In this document: one piece after another, positions 26,260-38,555 of the stretch
How the letters are laid out: each line of letters starts with the position of its first letter
Position numbering within the stretch: the first letter of the stretch is position 1
Source of the DNA: Selaginella moellendorffii
Lineage: Eukaryota; Plantae; Lycopodiophyta
DNA: 64,000 nt
Direction: 5' to 3'
Assembly (NCBI RefSeq): GCF_000143415.4
Contig: NW_003314357.1
Span: 455,795 to 519,794, forward strand
Position numbers and translations under genes: made by a program
Notes under the pieces: generated by a model
The model's database searches: none
What the model was told of the DNA's origin: nothing
The model's input: only the letters and a program-made list of their open reading frames with translations

Positions 26260-28779
26260 ATGAGGCGATCGAGACTCGCCAGGATTCTTTCCGCCGCCTA
26301 CAAGCAGCAGGCTCGTCCACGGATCGATCAATGCTGGCAGAAACACAATGCAGCGCTTCTCCCGGCGATCAAGGCGTGCGGCAGTGCCCGGGATCTCGAC
26401 AGCGCCAAAATCATCCACAGCAAGGCCCGCTGTCTCCATCCATCGGATATTTTCGTGGCGAGCTCGCTAGTAAGCATGTATTCCAGGTGCCAGAGCATGG
26501 CCGACGCCCGTGCGGTCTTCGATCAGATGCCCAGGCACGACACTGTTCTCTGGAACTCGCTGATGCTAGGGTTTGTGGAAACCGGCAGGTATTCCGAGCT
26601 GGTGCTGGAATCCTTTGCCCAGATGCAGCATCAAGGATGCCATCCAGACGCTAGAAGCTTTCTCGCTGCGATCAGGGCGTGCACCGCGCTGGCCATCCAA
26701 GATTCCCCTGGAAACAAGCTTCGATCGCTGGAAAGAGGGAAGAAGATCCATTTCCAGGCGGAAAGCTCCGGCTGTGGTGACAACGTTTTCGTCATCAACA
26801 GCTTGGTGGAGTTCTACGCAAAGTGTGGCAGCATGGATGATGCCTGGCGAGCTTTCCAGCGGATGCCATACGAGCTTAGCGTTTGCTGGAGCTCGCTGAT
26901 ACTTGGCTATGCCGAAAGTGGTGATGAGGAGCTAGCACTGCAACTCTTTTCCGGCATGAGCTTGGCACCCGAGTCTCGGACAATGGTAGCGGCTCTCAAG
27001 GCTTGCATGGGACTAGCTGCCAAAGAATATGGATCCAAGCTCGGAGTGGATGCCAAGGAGGTAAAGACGAAAGCGCTTCAAAGAGGCGTGGCTCTACACT
27101 CGCAAGCCGTGAGCTGTGGGCTCGAGAAGGATGTGTACGTTGCGAGCACGCTGGTGAGTATGTATTCCAAGTGTGGGAGCATGATCGATGCTTACAGGGT
27201 GTTTTGCAGGATGGATCAACACGACGCTGTGTCGTGGACAGCTTTGATACTGGGGTACGTTGAGAATTCCGAACCGGAGCTTGCTTTGGAGGTTTTCTCT
27301 CGGATGCAGAAGCAAGGCTCGTGTCGGCCCGATGCAACGGTTTACCTGGTTGCTCTCAAGGCTTGCGGTTCTCTTGCTGAGGAGCAAGAAGAAAAGGAGG
27401 AGCCTACGGGCGGGAGGAAAGTGAGAGTCGAGAGCTTGGAAAGGGGGATGGAAATCCATGCACAGGCTGCGAGAAATGGTGGATTCAATTCGGACGTGTT
27501 CGTGGCAAGCACTCTCGTAGACGTGTACTCGAAATGCGGGAGCTTGGTGGATGCTCGTCGGGTCTTCGATACAATGCCGTGCTACAACGTTGTGGCCTGG
27601 AACTCGCTGCTGATGGGATACGCAGAGAACGACGAAGCTGAGCTATGCCTGGAGCTGTTCTTCACGATGCGGAGCTACTGCCAGCCCGACTGCTTGACTT
27701 TCGTGGCGGCACTCAAGGCTTGCTCGAGTCTAGCGGAGAAAGAGCTATCGAAGGAGGTTGACGAGGAGATGAAGAAGAAGCAGCAGCTCAAGTACCTGGA
27801 CAAAGTCATGGCCGTGCACTCCATAGTAGTCGAGACGAGTGGCTCCGGGGACACAGGCATCTATGTCAGCAACACTCTGGTGGATGCTTACGCCAAGTCT
27901 GGGAGCATGGCGGATTCCCGTCGAGTGTTTGACAGGATGCGTCGGCACAGCGTGGTTTCCTGGACTGCTCTCCTACTGGGCTACACTGAGAACAAGGAAG
28001 CGGAGCTGGCTCTCGAGATACTCCCGCTCATGTCCACTCAAGGATCATGTCTTCCAGACGCTCGGACCCTGGCAGCAGTTGTCACGGCGTGCACCCAGCT
28101 GGTGGACTTGGAACAGGGAAGAGCTATGCACGCGGAAGTTCTTAGGCTTGGATTCGAGAGCGAGATCGTAACGGGGAACTGCCTGGTGGATCTCTACTCC
28201 AAGGCTGGGATCATGGAAAGAGCTCAGCGGGTATTCGACTCCATGGAAGTTTTGACGAGCCCCATCACCTGGACGTCGCTCATAGCAGGATACACTCGGT
28301 ACAGCGACAGCGACCGGGTTTTTCAGATCTTTACCGAGATGCAAGAGCAGGGACTTCCAGCGTACGACGTTACTCTCGTCTGCGTCCTCACGGCTTGCAG
28401 CCACGCCGGTCTGGTAGACGAAGGCACGAGGTTTTTCGAGAGGATTACATGTCCGAGCTTGGATCACTACCACTGTTACATCGACATTCTAAGCCGTGCC
28501 AACCGGCTGGACGCAGCGATGGCGGTGGTGAAGACCATGCCTTGGAAGGCGACGGCGGTAACGTGGAGGACGGTGCTGGGTGCGTGCCACAAGTGGAAGA
28601 ATGTGGAAATTGGAAGGCTGGCTTTCAAGAAGCTGATCGAAGTTGATGGTGGCGACTTCGCAGGTTACACTTTGATGGGAAATATATATGGAGCTGCCGG
28701 GCTGTGGGAAGAGAAGCAGAGAGTGGAAGCGATCAAGCAACAAAACGCTGGTAATTGTTTTCAGCTTTGTGCCGCTTAA
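26260..28779 (+). CDS. PLS-class pentatricopeptide repeat protein with E domain, no DYW (organellar RNA-editing factor type)
   Basis: Repeated P-L-S units (LV(S/D)MYSKCGS..DA.RVF..M...DxVSW); terminal PSLDHYHCYIDIL...YTLMGNIY E motifs; likely start at MRRSRLAR (ATG 26260) rather than the upstream TTG; intronless. Confidence 0.93.
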   Translation: MRRSRLARILSAAYKQQARPRIDQCWQKHNAALLPAIKACGSARDLDSAKIIHSKARCLHPSDIFVASSLVSMYSRCQSMADARAVFDQMPRHDTVLWNSLMLGFVETGRYSELVLESFAQMQHQGCHPDARSFLAAIRACTALAIQDSPGNKLRSLERGKKIHFQAESSGCGDNVFVINSLVEFYAKCGSMDDAWRAFQRMPYELSVCWSSLILGYAESGDEELALQLFSGMSLAPESRTMVAALKACMGLAAKEYGSKLGVDAKEVKTKALQRGVALHSQAVSCGLEKDVYVASTLVSMYSKCGSMIDAYRVFCRMDQHDAVSWTALILGYVENSEPELALEVFSRMQKQGSCRPDATVYLVALKACGSLAEEQEEKEEPTGGRKVRVESLERGMEIHAQAARNGGFNSDVFVASTLVDVYSKCGSLVDARRVFDTMPCYNVVAWNSLLMGYAENDEAELCLELFFTMRSYCQPDCLTFVAALKACSSLAEKELSKEVDEEMKKKQQLKYLDKVMAVHSIVVETSGSGDTGIYVSNTLVDAYAKSGSMADSRRVFDRMRRHSVVSWTALLLGYTENKEAELALEILPLMSTQGSCLPDARTLAAVVTACTQLVDLEQGRAMHAEVLRLGFESEIVTGNCLVDLYSKAGIMERAQRVFDSMEVLTSPITWTSLIAGYTRYSDSDRVFQIFTEMQEQGLPAYDVTLVCVLTACSHAGLVDEGTRFFERITCPSLDHYHCYIDILSRANRLDAAMAVVKTMPWKATAVTWRTVLGACHKWKNVEIGRLAFKKLIEVDGGDFAGYTLMGNIYGAAGLWEEKQRVEAIKQQNAGNCFQLCAA

Positions 28780-28878
28780 TTATCTTTCACAGGGCACGGT
28801 GTTCTCAGGTTAGTCAGTACTGGAGCGTGAACTTCACAAGCTTCTCATCTCAAGGTATAGCTTGAAGTTTTTGTTTGC

Positions 28879-30720
28879 TTAATGGAACCCCGTTTGTGTA
28901 TACATATTTGCAAGGAGGATGTATTGCGATCCATCTCTAGAGTCAATTTTGATGGTGTTTCCAGCAACAGCAGTACTGTTTCGAAGCAAGCTTCTCCATT
29001 CGAGAGCTTCGGGCACAAATGGACTACTTTGGATCAGCTCCTTTGCATCGTTTGTATGCCCCGTACGAGCAAGCAGATCAATCAAGCAGCAGTAGTGTTG
29101 TCTTGTCACATTCAGGCCAAAATCCATTTCCAAGGACAGCAAAAGACACTTGCCAAGCTCAGCTTTGCCAATATGGCTGCAAGCTAGAAGAGCAAGCACA
29201 AAACAAGTCTCGTCTGGAAGCTCCAAGGATTTCACCTCGTCAAAAAGCTCCAGCGCTTCTGCCGTGAGAAGCTTGTTTGTGGCATATGCTGCAAGCATCA
29301 CACTCCATGACACCAAGTTCTTGTCAGGCATCGAATCGAAGAACTTCTTTGCGGCTGTGATGCGAGAGTACTGTGTGTGTCCAGCTAGCATCGTCGTCCA
29401 CGAAACAACGTTTCTTAGAGGCATGCTGTGAAACACTCTACTCGCACTTCCCATATGCCCGTTTGAGGCATATGTGGAAAGAAGAGCATTCCAGCATCCT
29501 AAGTCCTTGTCAACCAGCTCACAAAACAATATTTGTGCCTCAAGAATATACCCGAAATGAGAGTATGTGGAAATCAGCGCTGTTGCCGCTATGCAGCAAT
29601 GTTCAGGCATAGAGTCAAACATACACTTTGCCTGCTCAAGATGGCCGTTTTGGGTATATGCTGATAGCATGGCGTTCCACGTTGTGAGATTCCTTTCGGG
29701 CATGCCACTGAAAATTTTGACGGCTTCGGCTACTTTTCCATGCTGGGAATACGCTCCAATGAGGATATTCCAAGAGAACACGTCGTGCTGTGGCATTCTA
29801 CGAAAGATTTCTAGAGATTGTTGGAGGCAATTGTGATGAGCATATGCCGATTCTATGGCGTTCCAAGTGATCACGTCTCTCTCCACTGCCAAATCAAACA
29901 AACGTCGTGCTTGATCCAATTCGCCAGCTTGAGAAAACGCAGTGATCATGGAGTTGTAAAGCACAAGATTCCATAATGGAAGCGAGTAAAAGACCTCTTT
30001 CGCTTTTGCAAAGTACCCAAATTGGGTATATGCTGTGATAATAATGGTTGACGAGACTAGATCGCTTTCAGGCATGCTCTCGTAAACACTTGCAGCCTCT
30101 GCAACATAGCCTCCTTTGGCATACACATTCAGCATGGTCGTCCACGTCACCATGTCTCTCTGTGGCATTGTATCAAACACGCTCTTTGCAGATCCCATAT
30201 GCCCGGCTTTGGCATATGCATCTAAGATGCTATTCCAAGAAATAATATCCCTTGCCTCCATAGACCCGAAAAATGATTCAACGCGTGGTATATTCCCGTG
30301 CTCGTTTATTGTCGCTAGCATCGCATTTAACACTACAAGATCCCATGCGGGCATTGAGTGAAATATTCGCATTGACAAATCACGATGCCCAGCTGCGGTA
30401 TATGCTGCGAACATCACTGTCCAGGCGACGAGGTTGTGACATGGCATACTGTCGAACAACCACGTGGCGCTATCGAGGCCGTCGGGTTCTTTTGTGTGGG
30501 CCGAGAGGAGGAGAACGTACGAGAAGATGTTTTTGGAGGAGATGGAATCAAACACAGCTTTGGCGTGCTTGAGGCCTCCAGGAAACTTGGAATACATTTG
30601 GATCATTTTGTTACTCAGGAACACGTCCGGAAAATTCGGAGAGAGTTTGGCCTCGGTGGCTTTCGCCATGGACAGCGTCGAGCAAGAATTGATGAGATCG
30701 ACACATTGTCGTCGATCCAT
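28879..30720 (-). CDS. PPR protein made mainly of tandem short (SS-type, ~31 aa) repeats with a shortened E domain
   Basis: Tandem F..MP..D.V.W..ML.AY...G repeats; C-terminal HYCCLIDLLARTG...YILLANMY; ATG at 30720. Confidence 0.92.
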   Translation of the reverse strand: MDRRQCVDLINSCSTLSMAKATEAKLSPNFPDVFLSNKMIQMYSKFPGGLKHAKAVFDSISSKNIFSYVLLLSAHTKEPDGLDSATWLFDSMPCHNLVAWTVMFAAYTAAGHRDLSMRIFHSMPAWDLVVLNAMLATINEHGNIPRVESFFGSMEARDIISWNSILDAYAKAGHMGSAKSVFDTMPQRDMVTWTTMLNVYAKGGYVAEAASVYESMPESDLVSSTIIITAYTQFGYFAKAKEVFYSLPLWNLVLYNSMITAFSQAGELDQARRLFDLAVERDVITWNAIESAYAHHNCLQQSLEIFRRMPQHDVFSWNILIGAYSQHGKVAEAVKIFSGMPERNLTTWNAMLSAYTQNGHLEQAKCMFDSMPEHCCIAATALISTYSHFGYILEAQILFCELVDKDLGCWNALLSTYASNGHMGSASRVFHSMPLRNVVSWTTMLAGHTQYSRITAAKKFFDSMPDKNLVSWSVMLAAYATNKLLTAEALELFDEVKSLELPDETCFVLALLACSHIGKAELGKCLLLSLEMDFGLNVTRQHYCCLIDLLARTGHTNDAKELIQSSPFVPEALEWRSLLRNSTAVAGNTIKIDSRDGSQYILLANMYTQTGFH

Positions 30721-30808
30721 TCTCCATTCCAAAACTTACAGCGACTATTTACCACAGAAAGATTTCACTATATTACGGTAGAAAACTTACAGAGGAGGAA
30801 AAAAATCG

Positions 30809-31321
30809 TCACGGCTTTGTGGTGGAAGAAGGATCGATTTTCCCAGTTCCAGGGTACCCTCCTCCGGTACCATGATCTGGAATGGTAGTTCCTTCCACAG
30901 ATCCATCCCCAGTTCCACTTGAGCCAGTGAAAGTCCCGGGTAGACCCCCACCAATACCACCACCTAAGGCTGGAGTGCTTCCGCCATAGCCGGAACTTCC
31001 AGAGTATCCGCCTCCATTGTTGCCATAGCCAGGACCATTACTGTAAGTTCCACCATAGCCGGGATTGTTACCATAGCCACCACCATAGCCGGGATTTCCG
31101 CCATAGCCAGGATTGTTACCATAGCCTCCACTGTAACCGGGGTTGCCGCCACCATAGCCTCCACTATATCCCGGTCCGGGTCCTTTGCCACCATAGCCAT
31201 AGCCTCCACCTCCCCACTGGTGATGAAGCTCTGGAGTGAACTCCTTGCTGTCTCTGGATTCAACCATGGCAAAGAAGAGGATGACAAGGTACCAGCAGGT
31301 AGCAAGCAATGTGGCTGCCAT
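30809..31321 (-). CDS. Secreted glycine-rich (cell-wall type) protein
   Basis: Hydrophobic signal peptide MAATLLATCWYLVILFFAMVES; repeated GNNPGYGGGY units; TATA-like TTTATAA ~50 nt upstream. Confidence 0.8.
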   Translation of the reverse strand: MAATLLATCWYLVILFFAMVESRDSKEFTPELHHQWGGGGYGYGGKGPGPGYSGGYGGGNPGYSGGYGNNPGYGGNPGYGGGYGNNPGYGGTYSNGPGYGNNGGGYSGSSGYGGSTPALGGGIGGGLPGTFTGSSGTGDGSVEGTTIPDHGTGGGYPGTGKIDPSSTTKP

Positions 31322-34300
31322 ATGAATGAAAGAGTGGAGCACTTGGGGATTTTGATCGAGAGATCGGCTTATAAACTGGGGGGAACGCGTTGCCAGTCTC
31401 TGTGTGTACCAGCAGAGTGGGCATTAATGTTGTTCCTTGTGAGACTTTTTGCTCAGTTGTCATCTTAAATGGCCGCTCTTGCAGGCTGCCGGCGTTACGA
31501 TTAGTCCTGATTGCTACTAATCAACATGCATCTACTGTTTATAATCTTGCATCAAGAAGCAAGAATGCAATGCAATGAGTTTGTTGCTGTATCTCCCTCC
31601 TTGCTACTGCTATGCTTATCTTTTAATAATTGTTGTTGAATTTCTAAAATTAAAATTATGACTATCATCATATATGTTTTATATTATCTTTACCCCTTAG
31701 CTTAAGTAATATAGGAAAGCTTAACAATAAATATTATTATTAATAAAGAATTTTACATCAGGAATAAATATCTATTGTTTAATGTTTTTTCACCACATAT
31801 TACTGTTCAGCTAATAGAATATGTATTTAGTGAAACTTATCTTCTTTAATTCCTTTTCTATATCTCACCTATTTATATTGGTTACTTGAGGAATCTTTTT
31901 TTCTTTTGGATATGTTAATTAAGTGTTTTCATAAAGTTTTTTATTTAGTATACATTGATTGAAAAAAATGCATCTAAAAACCTTACCTTATGCTATACAT
32001 AAGTATTACTTATTGAGTAGTGTTATTGATAAATTTTATAGCAAGCATATTATTAAAATATATATTTATAAATCAATAATAAAATAATTTTTTGCATTGT
32101 GCAAAAAACTTGGTTTACTTTGGAAAATTAAGTTATCTTAAATATGTTTTTAAATATTATGTCAAATAATAATAATACAAAACAAATCAATAGGTGATAC
32201 TTTCAGGACTAAAAATATAATAAACCAAAGAAAAACGTGAGAAAAGAGAATTTTAATAACTTCATTTAAACTAAATTTTTATTCAATGAACAAATATAAA
32301 TAGCCTAAATTTAAATCAGGTTTAAATATAATAATACAAGCTATTTAACATAAGGTACTTGGTGGTGGCACTAAATTCTACAGCCACATTAGAGAGGGGT
32401 CATGTTGTAAACTACTTCAGTCTCAATGCGTGTGGGACCTTTAGAAATTTATCTAAGATGTAGTAAGGACGAATTTTGTAAACTAACTGCACACCCTAAT
32501 CCTCAGCTGAAATTTACTTATTTATGAATAAACTTGATTAGAGAATTTTTTTTGAGTATATTAGATTAAAGAAAATCCTATATTCCTGAATAGGTAAGTG
32601 GTTTCTAGACTAAAAATTTAATGCCTAAAGAAAACACCCTAGTAGAAGAGCTAGTTGTCCTAGAATTAAGAGATTTTATAGACGAGGATTGTGTAGCATT
32701 TGGATAGAATTATATTATAATATAGTAATATACTATATTATATATAAAATATAGAAAAATAGAATTATGCTATCAATACTTTAAAAGTGTAAAAAATGGT
32801 AAGAATCACTAAATTTATTTTTAGTTTGACTATATTTTATATATTAAGAGAGGCAATAGAAATTATCATAACATTATAGTTTTGGTGTCATGCTATATGG
32901 AATGAAAACTTTGTAGCAGATTGGACTTCATATGAATGTTGGTGGTCAAGGCCTACTTACCATTACATGGAAACTGAAATGTATGGTTGGAGGATTGAGG
33001 TGTAAGATGCTTGTTATCCAAATGCTAATAATTGTAAAAGGCAACTCTATAAGAAATACAAGTGGCATGCTATTGCTTAACCATATGATTGTAAATGAAA
33101 CACTTGGAAGAACCTATATTTCATTTCTAATATTATTTATAAAATATGGTGTTGAACTACTATTGTAGCAAGAGAGAGAAAAGGGAAAAGAGAAAATACG
33201 ATAGAGGTAGAGAGAGAATCATTGCTGTTAATATTAGAATTTGGTTTTTAATTTCCATTTTTATTAAAAAAAACCAAATCTATTTTGATGCAGATTGCTA
33301 AGTAGAGAAAAATACAAAACTTAAAAACTTATTATATTATAAAGCATAAAACAAAAATATTTTTATTATATTTATTTATAGCATATCTAAGAAATAAAAT
33401 AATAATTTTTAAAATCAATTATATAGATAAGGTTAACATTAAAAAAATACAAACTAAGTATTTAATTTGTATAAACAATACCTAAGAATTAGTTTAGTTT
33501 ATATTACATTTAAAATCTTAATATTACCTTGGTTGCAATCCTTGACAATGCCAAAGAAAAAACTCGAAGTGTTTGCAGTGTGAACAGTGTGATTAGCTTG
33601 CATCTTGCAAGATAGAAATGAGATAGAATATATTATCGTTTAAAAAATGGGATAGTGGAACATTAGATTAAGATAAAAATAAAGATTCTCAATTGAGGAA
33701 GACTTGAAGTAATCATTGTAAATCTTATATTGTCTTTATTCTTTTGTTGTGGTTTCAATGGGATTTATTCGAGAGCAATGCTTTCGAGAAGAAACAAGTA
33801 AAACCAGAGCTCCTTTACATTTTAAACTTAGCACAGTATTTTCCCGGCAAGTAATATACACTATGGTTTCTGGAGATCATGATGAATGGATAAGTTCATA
33901 TTCCTAAAGAAGGAGCGGAGCGTACAATAATTTTTTGATAAGAATTTTTCTGAATAAGAACGGAAGAGTTGTTCCTCAAAGATTGATCAAGTTTTCATCA
34001 TTCCTAGTTCCGTACGGAGATCTCGTTCTGACCGATCGACCGTTCGTGGCAGGCGAGAGAGAAAAAAAGATGTCAGCCATGCCGTGGGGTTTTGCACATC
34101 ACACCTGCATGAACAACCAAACCATAAATCTGACAGACAAGTCCCATTTCCAACGCATGATTCGCTGCCACTTTTAACGTATTCCGTACATGGTCGATTC
34201 ATGCCTTTTGATTTTTTCCAGGTCTTGTGTGAAGAAATGTATGATCGAAGGAAATGAAATTGAGAAAAAAAAAAACGCACCACCACAAAAGATTAAAAAC

Positions 34301-34423
34301 CCGGCAGTACTAGGCTCAAAATGCCGTACAATCGTGACACAGCTACTATCAAGACGAAGAGAACTATCCCTGTGTTGTGGAATTTTCTTCTTTATGGATC
34401 CAGATTTTTCCGGGAATCAAACT

Positions 34424-35062
34424 TTAAACTCGGTCGTATACCTGTTGCGAATCGACGTCATTGCTGGATGAATCATCTTCCAGAGACGAAGAGGAGGAGG
34501 AGGAAGCGTTCTTCTTCTTCTTCCTCTTTGCGTTCTTCTCGTCTCGATCTCCTTTTTGTTGATCGCCATCCTCGTCACCTTCGCTGGCAGACGAGGACCG
34601 ATCGAGATCGAGCTTGTTCGTCACCTGGATCGGCTGAGCCAGATGCGTGGGCTTGTCCTGCCCCGCCAGGATGACTACAATCTTCTCGGGAGAAGCCGCA
34701 AATCCGTTGTGCAAGGCTTGCAAGCTCGCTGCCTTGGGATTCTCGGGATCGCTGCCTGGAGCCGAGGAAGAACCGGAAGAACCACCGGAGCCACCATTCG
34801 AATCGGAGAAGTAGCCCCGGAGATATGAGCACGCCAGGATCATAAGCGAGATGACGACGAGCAAAACCATGGCCGCGAGGCCGGCGAGCATGTACGGAAG
34901 TGGCGACTGGAAGCGGCATGGATTGTCACCGGCGTTGATCGTCTGCTTGTTGCAGCGAGAGTTGGTGGCGCCGGCTCGAGAGTCTTCGAGGTAGAAGTTG
35001 TGATGGACGCTCGCACCTGGAAGAGGATTAGTAGTAGCACCAGCACCTTGAGATCTTGTCAT
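34424..35062 (-). CDS. GDU: GLUTAMINE DUMPER-like membrane protein
   Basis: FQSPLPYMLAGLAAMVLLVVISLMILACSY transmembrane motif and VIMAG-like KIVVILAGQDKPTHLAQP motif. Confidence 0.85.
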   Translation of the reverse strand: MTRSQGAGATTNPLPGASVHHNFYLEDSRAGATNSRCNKQTINAGDNPCRFQSPLPYMLAGLAAMVLLVVISLMILACSYLRGYFSDSNGGSGGSSGSSSAPGSDPENPKAASLQALHNGFAASPEKIVVILAGQDKPTHLAQPIQVTNKLDLDRSSSASEGDEDGDQQKGDRDEKNAKRKKKKNASSSSSSSLEDDSSSNDVDSQQVYDRV

Positions 35063-35243
35063 CCTTTGGAGCGAAGAGAAAAGGGAGAGACTCAAGCTTG
35101 AGACGTGAGACACTCATGCAGGAATCCAGGAGATCATCGGCGAGCGTTTCCAGGCTCGAAGCAAGGGGTAAAGGAAGACGATGACTCTATTGGAAAACCA
35201 CACCTCTCGCTCTAGCGGAAGAGAATAAAACGCTCCACCTCGA

Positions 35244-35262
35244 GTGTGTGTGTGTGTGTGTG
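35244..35262. repeat. (GT)n microsatellite
   Basis: Direct reading. Confidence 0.9.
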
Positions 35263-36744
35263 ACACGGAGGGGGATAAAATCAAAACTCAAGCAGCCAGG
35301 CAGCAGCTACCCAGAAATATATTCTCTTCGTAACTGAACGAGCTTGTCTTGTAGCACTCCAACAACAAGGGAGACGAAAGAGGAGACTGATCACAAAAAA
35401 ACAGAGTCTCTCTGCGAAGAAGAGGCTCAGCGACGAAGAAAAAGAAAGAAGAATCAAACTAGATCCCGACAATTAAGCACGCAACCGATGAGATCACACA
35501 GACGAGATAAAACCAAGATGAAGCAGCAGCACGAAAACGCTCTTGTCTACTCAAGAAGAAACGCAAAGCTTGGCAAGCGCGAAACTGGAAGAAGTAGAAG
35601 CGAGGTGTGTATAGAGAAATTGCCTGGGGTGGTGCTGGTGGTGGTGGAGCGATGATGATGTGAGGATGGATAATCCTCACAGCCAGACACCATTTTCTCT
35701 CTTTCCTTTTTTCCCTTTCCAGAACCACGACCACAAACACCTGCAAGGCGGATTTATATCCAGCAGCAACGCAACAACAGTGATCAGTATGATTACTCGA
35801 AACCAAAGCTGGAATTTGTCTGCTCAAGGGAGAAAAACTCACCTGTAGCTTTAGCTGGCTTTGCGAAGCTTGCTCGTCTTCATCTCTCGTCTCTTCGTAG
35901 TAGTTTAGAGCTTTCTCTCTCTCTCGCTCTCTCTCTCAGCCTTCAAGCTTCAGACTCGAGATCGTGGAGGAGCATCTTACTTTGCTCCGCTTTGCTTTGC
36001 AACTTGGAAAGGGAGGAGGGAGGAGCCCACCCCCAAGTGTAGAGAAAGAAGTTCTATAACTCCCCCCATTCCCTGTGTGTGAAGCCGACAAGTCCCCACT
36101 ACTTATCCCACAATCCTTCCATACTCGTGCGCTAATCACCACCTTAACTTCTGCTCTTTCCCGCGACCATCGACTTCTCCGGAGGGATTCCTTCACTGTA
36201 ACGCTCTTTCCGTGTTCCTGAATATTCTGCCAATAGCTAAGTTCCTGCGAGAGGATCCTTCCAGTGTGTGCCCCCCACTCAGCCGACCACCTCTACCACG
36301 TACGGAAAATCACAGTCTACGTACCCGGGTGTACCACGGCGGGCAATCATCAAGGAGCAAAAGGAACGCCAGACCCCACCCAGCGGACGAGCACTGGTTC
36401 CCAGTTACTGCCTCATGATCACCCCAGAGATCAGCAATCCACTAGCTACTAAGCTAGAGCTACAAGAGCAAGAAAGAAAGGGAACAACGTACCCAGGATG
36501 TCTACATGATAGTTTATCGTGCAGCTGTGTGTAGTGGATAAAGCTGATATGATACAGATCACCTAAGTGCGCATCAAAGTGGCGGGGCCGATACTTGACC
36601 ACGGGGAGACCGCCATGCCAGGCTTTGGCGTCTATCAAATGCTTCTTTTTCTGCCATAGAAATATGTGTAAGAGCTTTGGGAAACTTGACGAAGAGGAAA
36701 GTAAAGTACCTCGGCTGTTGCTGTTACAAAAGGTTGCTGTCTTC

Positions 36745-38478
36745 CTACTTTCTGTAGCTGGATCGAACCGAATCCAGAGCAGCTTCAGCTTGGGCCCATG
36801 CACTGCTCCGCTCTCGTCGGCCGGACAAAGATGGCGAATGTCGGGAAGAGTGGCGATCTCGGTCGCGGTCCCGGTCTCGGTCACGATCACGAGCGGGAGA
36901 TTTTTCTCCTGGAGGTGTCAAGTAATCATCAGGTCGAGACCTTCTCCTCCCACTGTCGGACAAGGATCTGTGCAGAGCCACCGCTTCTCTGGGGCTCCGA
37001 GACCAGAGTCTCTTGTCTGCGTCTTCTGGAATGGGTGCGTTGATGCCAGGGAACTCGACTGTCATCTTCTGGGACGTTGAGGATGGTGGCTTCGCTTCGA
37101 TTATCTCTCCATCCTCCGTGAAAGATAAAGGATTGTCCTCTCCAAACATGATGAGTCCAGACGGTTCGTCCTCGTCTGTCTCGGTAGCTGGAAAGGAGGT
37201 ACCGTTTTAAAAGAACTATAAACTATCGTCAAAAGAGAGCATACCCATATATCCAGGAGGATAGCCGATTTCTCGCATTCGCTGAAGCCACGGAGGCGGG
37301 TCTTTCTCCTGCGCACAAGGAATAAGCATAAATCTTATCTAAAACCACGAAAACGTACTCCAATCCCCAGGGACCGTCTGGTTTCGCTCAGCAGCGATCC
37401 GGGTTTGATGTCGTCAAACTTCCCATTTGGAGTGCTCTCGTAGTAGCGGCGAGAAGGAGTGTTGGACCCTCCTTTTCTTGACATGAAAAGCTTACGAGCG
37501 CTGTTGATAGCAGACATATCCCGCTGTCTCTGGCAATCCCTGAGAGCGTGGCTGTAGGAGCCGCAGTTAAAACACCTCGACGCCTCGTCCGGAATCTCCA
37601 AGTGCCTGTTTCGCCAAAATGAATCTGCCAAGCATGAGTCGTTACGACTAAAATCGTAACCAGCACTAATTTTTATACCCTTGATCTGAAAGAAACTCCA
37701 GAGGCTGCAAAACGGCACTACATCCACGATCATACAGAGGAACTTCCGTTTGTCTCTCTTCCAGAACACAAGCTCGTTTTGAGGGCTTGTCTTCCCAAAA
37801 GTTCTGCACAGAATCGAACTTAAGTAAACTTCAAGGAAACGAAAACTTGAAACAAAAAAATTAACCATTTTAGTTTTCCCTACTGACAGAGCTGGGAAAT
37901 ACGTTTCCGTGCCGCCTTCTCGTACTTCATCATCTTCAAAGCTCTGTAGGAAATCCAACAAATTAGAGAGAGAGAGAGAAAAAAATCCACATTTGGTTCG
38001 CTTACTTGTGCAGCATGCCATTCAGACCAATGCAGTAAAACCTCTTGCAGTTTCTTCTGGCTTTTCCTGCTCACAGACTCCTACATGAGAACGGCAGAAG
38101 AAAAGAAGGAAAAGAAAAAAAAAAAAAAAAAAGAACCTCGAAAGTTTGGTGTAAGTCACTTGAACAGATGCTCCATCGTCTCTGCGTGAGATGGATTTTC
38201 TTTTCCGGGAGTTTGCTATAGCTCAAGTCAGGAATTCCGAAATAAAGTGAACAAAACGCTCTAGAAAGGATACCTTGAGGCAGTACTGGATCATCGGAAC
38301 AATCCATATCCTCCTCGGAGGCCAAATCGATGATATCATCACAAGCTCCATCTTTCGCAGCATCCAACGATGCTATCTCCGATTCTATTGAATCGACTGT
38401 CGCGGCAGCAGTCTCGTGCCTCACAGCCACATCCTCGACGCCAATCTCACCTTCTTCCGGTTCCGGGACCAAATCCAT
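36745..38478 (-). CDS. ZCCHC8: Zinc finger CCHC domain-containing protein 8-like (NEXT complex subunit), multi-exon
   Basis: RCFNCGSYSHALRDC knuckle, SRRYY, PSP domain KPG.L..ETRRSLGI / PPPWLQRMREIGYPPGY, VEFPGINAPIP; short GT-AG introns; exact 3' end uncertain. Confidence 0.85.
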
Positions 38479-38555
38479 GAAGACCCCTAGAATAAGAACC
38501 CTAAATAGAAACTCCTTTTAAACATACTGTGGCCCTTTTGATTCTTCTAGAAACT

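Noticed and set aside
32880-33170. Trp/Tyr-rich coding-like patch in AT-rich intergenic DNA (a similar one at 12720-12990)
   Set aside because: Multiple stops and no assignable family by eye
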